Below, piece after piece: positions 61,033 through 64,000 of a stretch of 64,000 nucleotides of DNA. Below the pieces are notes generated by a model. That model saw only the letters and a program-made list of their open reading frames with translations. It made no database searches and had not been told where the DNA came from. Within the stretch, counting starts at the first letter, position 1. Every line of letters starts with the position of its first letter. Made by a program: the position numbers and the translations under genes. Source of the stretch: Nemertoderma westbladi (taxonomy: Eukaryota > Animalia > Xenacoelomorpha). The stretch spans positions 12,075-76,074 of the forward strand of contig JAUCBJ010005165.1 of assembly GCA_032718475.1 (NCBI GenBank), written 5' to 3'.

Positions 61033-64000
61033 AATAGGCCAATTCGATCGTGCTTGGCGAATATGAAATATTTATACACTATTTGATTTTTAATCAATAA
61101 ATAATCATACATATTTATATTAAACACTCGAATAAAATAAAAACTTTGTGAGAATGGGACACGGCGAATCCACCCATGTTAATTTTATACTAGGTGGGAT
61201 AAATGTTAGCCCTCTAAATCATTAATTACCGATAGAAGAACCGAAATAATTCGATAAATTTCGCCCTAAAATCACGAAAATCGCCCTCTAGCGGCAGACG
61301 GGCGAACTTCAGACGACTCTGAGTATTACGTTGCAACGAGTTAGAGCGAGACCTTTCTAACGAGCTATAGCAAGCGAGATTTCATCGAGATGGGTTCGAT
61401 TGTATAGCGATGACAAACACACAGACAGACAGACAGACAGACAGACAATCGATATTTATATATATAGACTAGAAAGCCTGTGGCCCTTCGGGCCACAGCT
61501 TTCTAGTGCACGTGCAGATGATATACGAATATGTGTGGGAGATTTGAGAACTGCATACGGAACAGACACCATCATTAAATAAAACACCACCCCATAAGAG
61601 ATAACTGTCAAGTTTCAACTTTAGGCAGATTGTAAATAACAAAATTTCCAGAAAATGATCACTTTCAGATCCACCCTCTACCTGCGGACTGGTGAAATGC
61701 AGACGGCGCTGCAGTTTGGTAAAGATGGGGTTTATGGTGAAGTAAAATGCCTGCCTTTCAAGTTTCAGCTTAAACAGATTGTAAATAACAAAATTGGTGT
61801 AGATGTTCACATTCAGACATTTCACCCTCTAGCAGTAGACTGAAGAACTGTAGACGACTCTACAACTCCGCAAAGATATAGCCTATGCTATAGTAGATGC
61901 CTGCCAAGTTTCAGCTCAAAATGATTAAAAAGAACCAAATGGGATGAGGTTTTCACTATCAGACAATTCGCTCTCTAGCGGCTGACTGTTGAACTGTAGA
62001 CGTCTCTACTACTCCGCAAAGATATAGCCTATGCTATAGTAGATGCCTACCAAGTTTCAATCTAAAGGATTGTAAATAACAAAGTTGGAGGAGATGTTAA
62101 CTTTCATACATTTCGCCCTCTAGCGGCAGACGCAGGTAATGTAGACAACTCTGCGCGACTCAGTAAAGATATAGCCTATGCTGTAGTAGATGCCTACCAA
62201 GTTCAGTCTAAATGGATTATAAATAACAAAGCTAGATATGTTAACTTTCAGACATTTCGCCCTCTAGCAGTAGACCGGGGAATTGTAGACGACTCTGCTA
62301 CTCTGTAAAGATACAGCCTATGCTGTAGTAGATGCCTACCAAGTTTCAGTCTAATCGGATTTTAAATAACACAGTTGGAGAAGATGTTAACTCTCAGACA
62401 TTTAGCCATCTAACGGTAGACTGGGGAACTGTAGACAAATCAGTGACTCCGGAAATATACAGCCTATGCTGTAGTAGATACCTGCTAAGTTTCAGCTCAA
62501 AAGCATTAAAAACAACTCAATAAGATCAGGTTTTCACTTTCGGACAATTCGCCCTCTAGCGGCAGACGGGGGAACTTCAGACGGTTATGAGTATTACGTT
62601 GCAACGAGTTAGGGCGAGACCTATCTAACGAGCTAATAGTAAGCGAGATTTCATCGAGATTAGATGTATAATATTAGATAAAATAATAATACAGCAAGTA
62701 CAGGCCTACAGAAATAATTATTTTACTTTTAATATTCATAAAAGTAAAACAAAAATGTTATAAACCTCTCCTTCCATGCAGCCAATGATTGAGAAAGCAG
62801 AATTACTCTGAGCAATTCGCAACAGACAACCCAAACCCACCCCAATCAACACTCCAGCCTGCTTGCTCCTTATCTGTGCCCAGCCAGCTAGCTGCGAGTT
62901 CAATAATTACCTTAACGTTGCTATGATACAGAAAAAAATCCTTCCCTATTAACTACAGCACTAAGAATAGGCCAATTCGATCGTGCTTGGCGAATATGAC
63001 ATATTTATACACTATTTGATTTTTAATCAATAAATAATCATACATATTTATATTAAACACCTGAATAAAATAAAAACTTTGTGAGAATGGGACACGGCGA
63101 ATCTACCCATGTTAATTTTAGACCAGGTGGGATAAATGTTAGCCCTCTAAATAATTAATTACCGATAGAAGAACCGAAATAATTCGATGAATTTCGCCCG
63201 AAAATCACGAAAATCGCCCTCTAGCGGCAGACGGGCGAACTTCAGACGGCTCTGAGTATTACGTTGCAACGAGTTAGGGCGAGACCTTTCTAACGAGCTA
63301 TAGCAAGCGAGATTTCATCGAGATGGGTTCGATTGTATAGCCGATGACAAACACACAGACAGACTGACTGACTGACTGACAGACAATCGATATTTATATA
63401 TATTAGATTAGACTAGAAAGCCTGTGGCCCTTCGGGCCACAGCTTTCTAGTGCACGTGCAGATGATATATGAATATGTGTGGGAGATTGGAGAACTGCAT
63501 ACGGAACAGACACCATCATTAAATAAAACACCACCCCCATAAGAGATAACTGCCAAGTTTCAACTTTAGTCAGATTGTAAATAACAAAATTTCCAGAAAA
63601 TGATCACTTTCAGATCCACCGTCTACCTGCGGACTGGTGAAATGCAGACGGCGCTGCAGTTTGGTAAAGATGGGGTTTATGGTGAAGTAAAATGCCTGCC
63701 TTTCAAGTTTCAGCTTAAACAGATTGTAAATAACAAAATTGGTGTAGATGTTCACATTCAGACATTTCACCCTCTAGCGGTAAACTGAAGAACTGTAGAT
63801 GACTCTGGGACTCTGTAAAGATACAGAATATGCTGTAGTAGATTCCTGCCAAGTTTCAGCTCAAAGGGATTAAAAAGAACCAATTGGGATGAGGTATTCA
63901 CTATCAGACAATTCGCCCTCTAGCGGCAGATAGGGGAACTGCATACAACTCTGCGACTCCGTAAAGGTAGAGCCTATGCTGTAGTAGATGCCTACCAAGT

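Larger units (their letters stand above)
57276..64000 (+). mobile_element. Head-to-tail tandem of a ~2-kb non-autonomous Helentron/HINE-like element (units start at 57276, 61468, 63412; the third runs off the window)
   Basis: Each unit opens with the hairpin actagaaagcctgtggccc-ttc-gggccacagctttctagt and holds ~146-bp subrepeats. The two complete units end in (GACA)n..atatatagact. Confidence 0.75.

Overview
Eukaryotic, AT-rich, repeat-dense genomic DNA with many poly-G/poly-C tracts. It is most likely a marine invertebrate such as an echinoderm (inference from composition and element types). One host gene threads through the window on the + strand. It has 11 phase-compatible GT-AG exons (7322-48385, about 507 codons, 3' end not found) encoding signal peptide + PAN/apple domain + acidic linker + 8 calcium-binding EGF repeats, with a recent duplication of three EGF exons. 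The introns and flanks are packed with transposons: RTE-, CRE-, CR1/L2-type and Penelope-like retroelements, a TTAA-flanked piggyBac, IS3EU-like and hAT relics, foldback/MULE MITEs, Gypsy fragments, a 62-bp satellite, and a tandem Helentron-like repeat carrying an intact MULE transposase ORF. The standout is at 3034-4454: a 4.2-copy tandem array of a 340-bp unit flanked by a perfect 15-bp target-site duplication. On the minus strand each unit carries a minimal type I hammerhead ribozyme sitting where a tRNA anticodon arm would be, between Pol III A and B boxes and followed by T6, inside a long rod-like fold. This looks like a tRNA-derived retrozyme (circular-RNA retroelement). A second unexplained item is a ~4.4-kb intronic insertion (29512-~33950) holding a decayed ~614-codon orphan ORF. 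All calls were made by eye from motifs; no database searches or folding programs were run.
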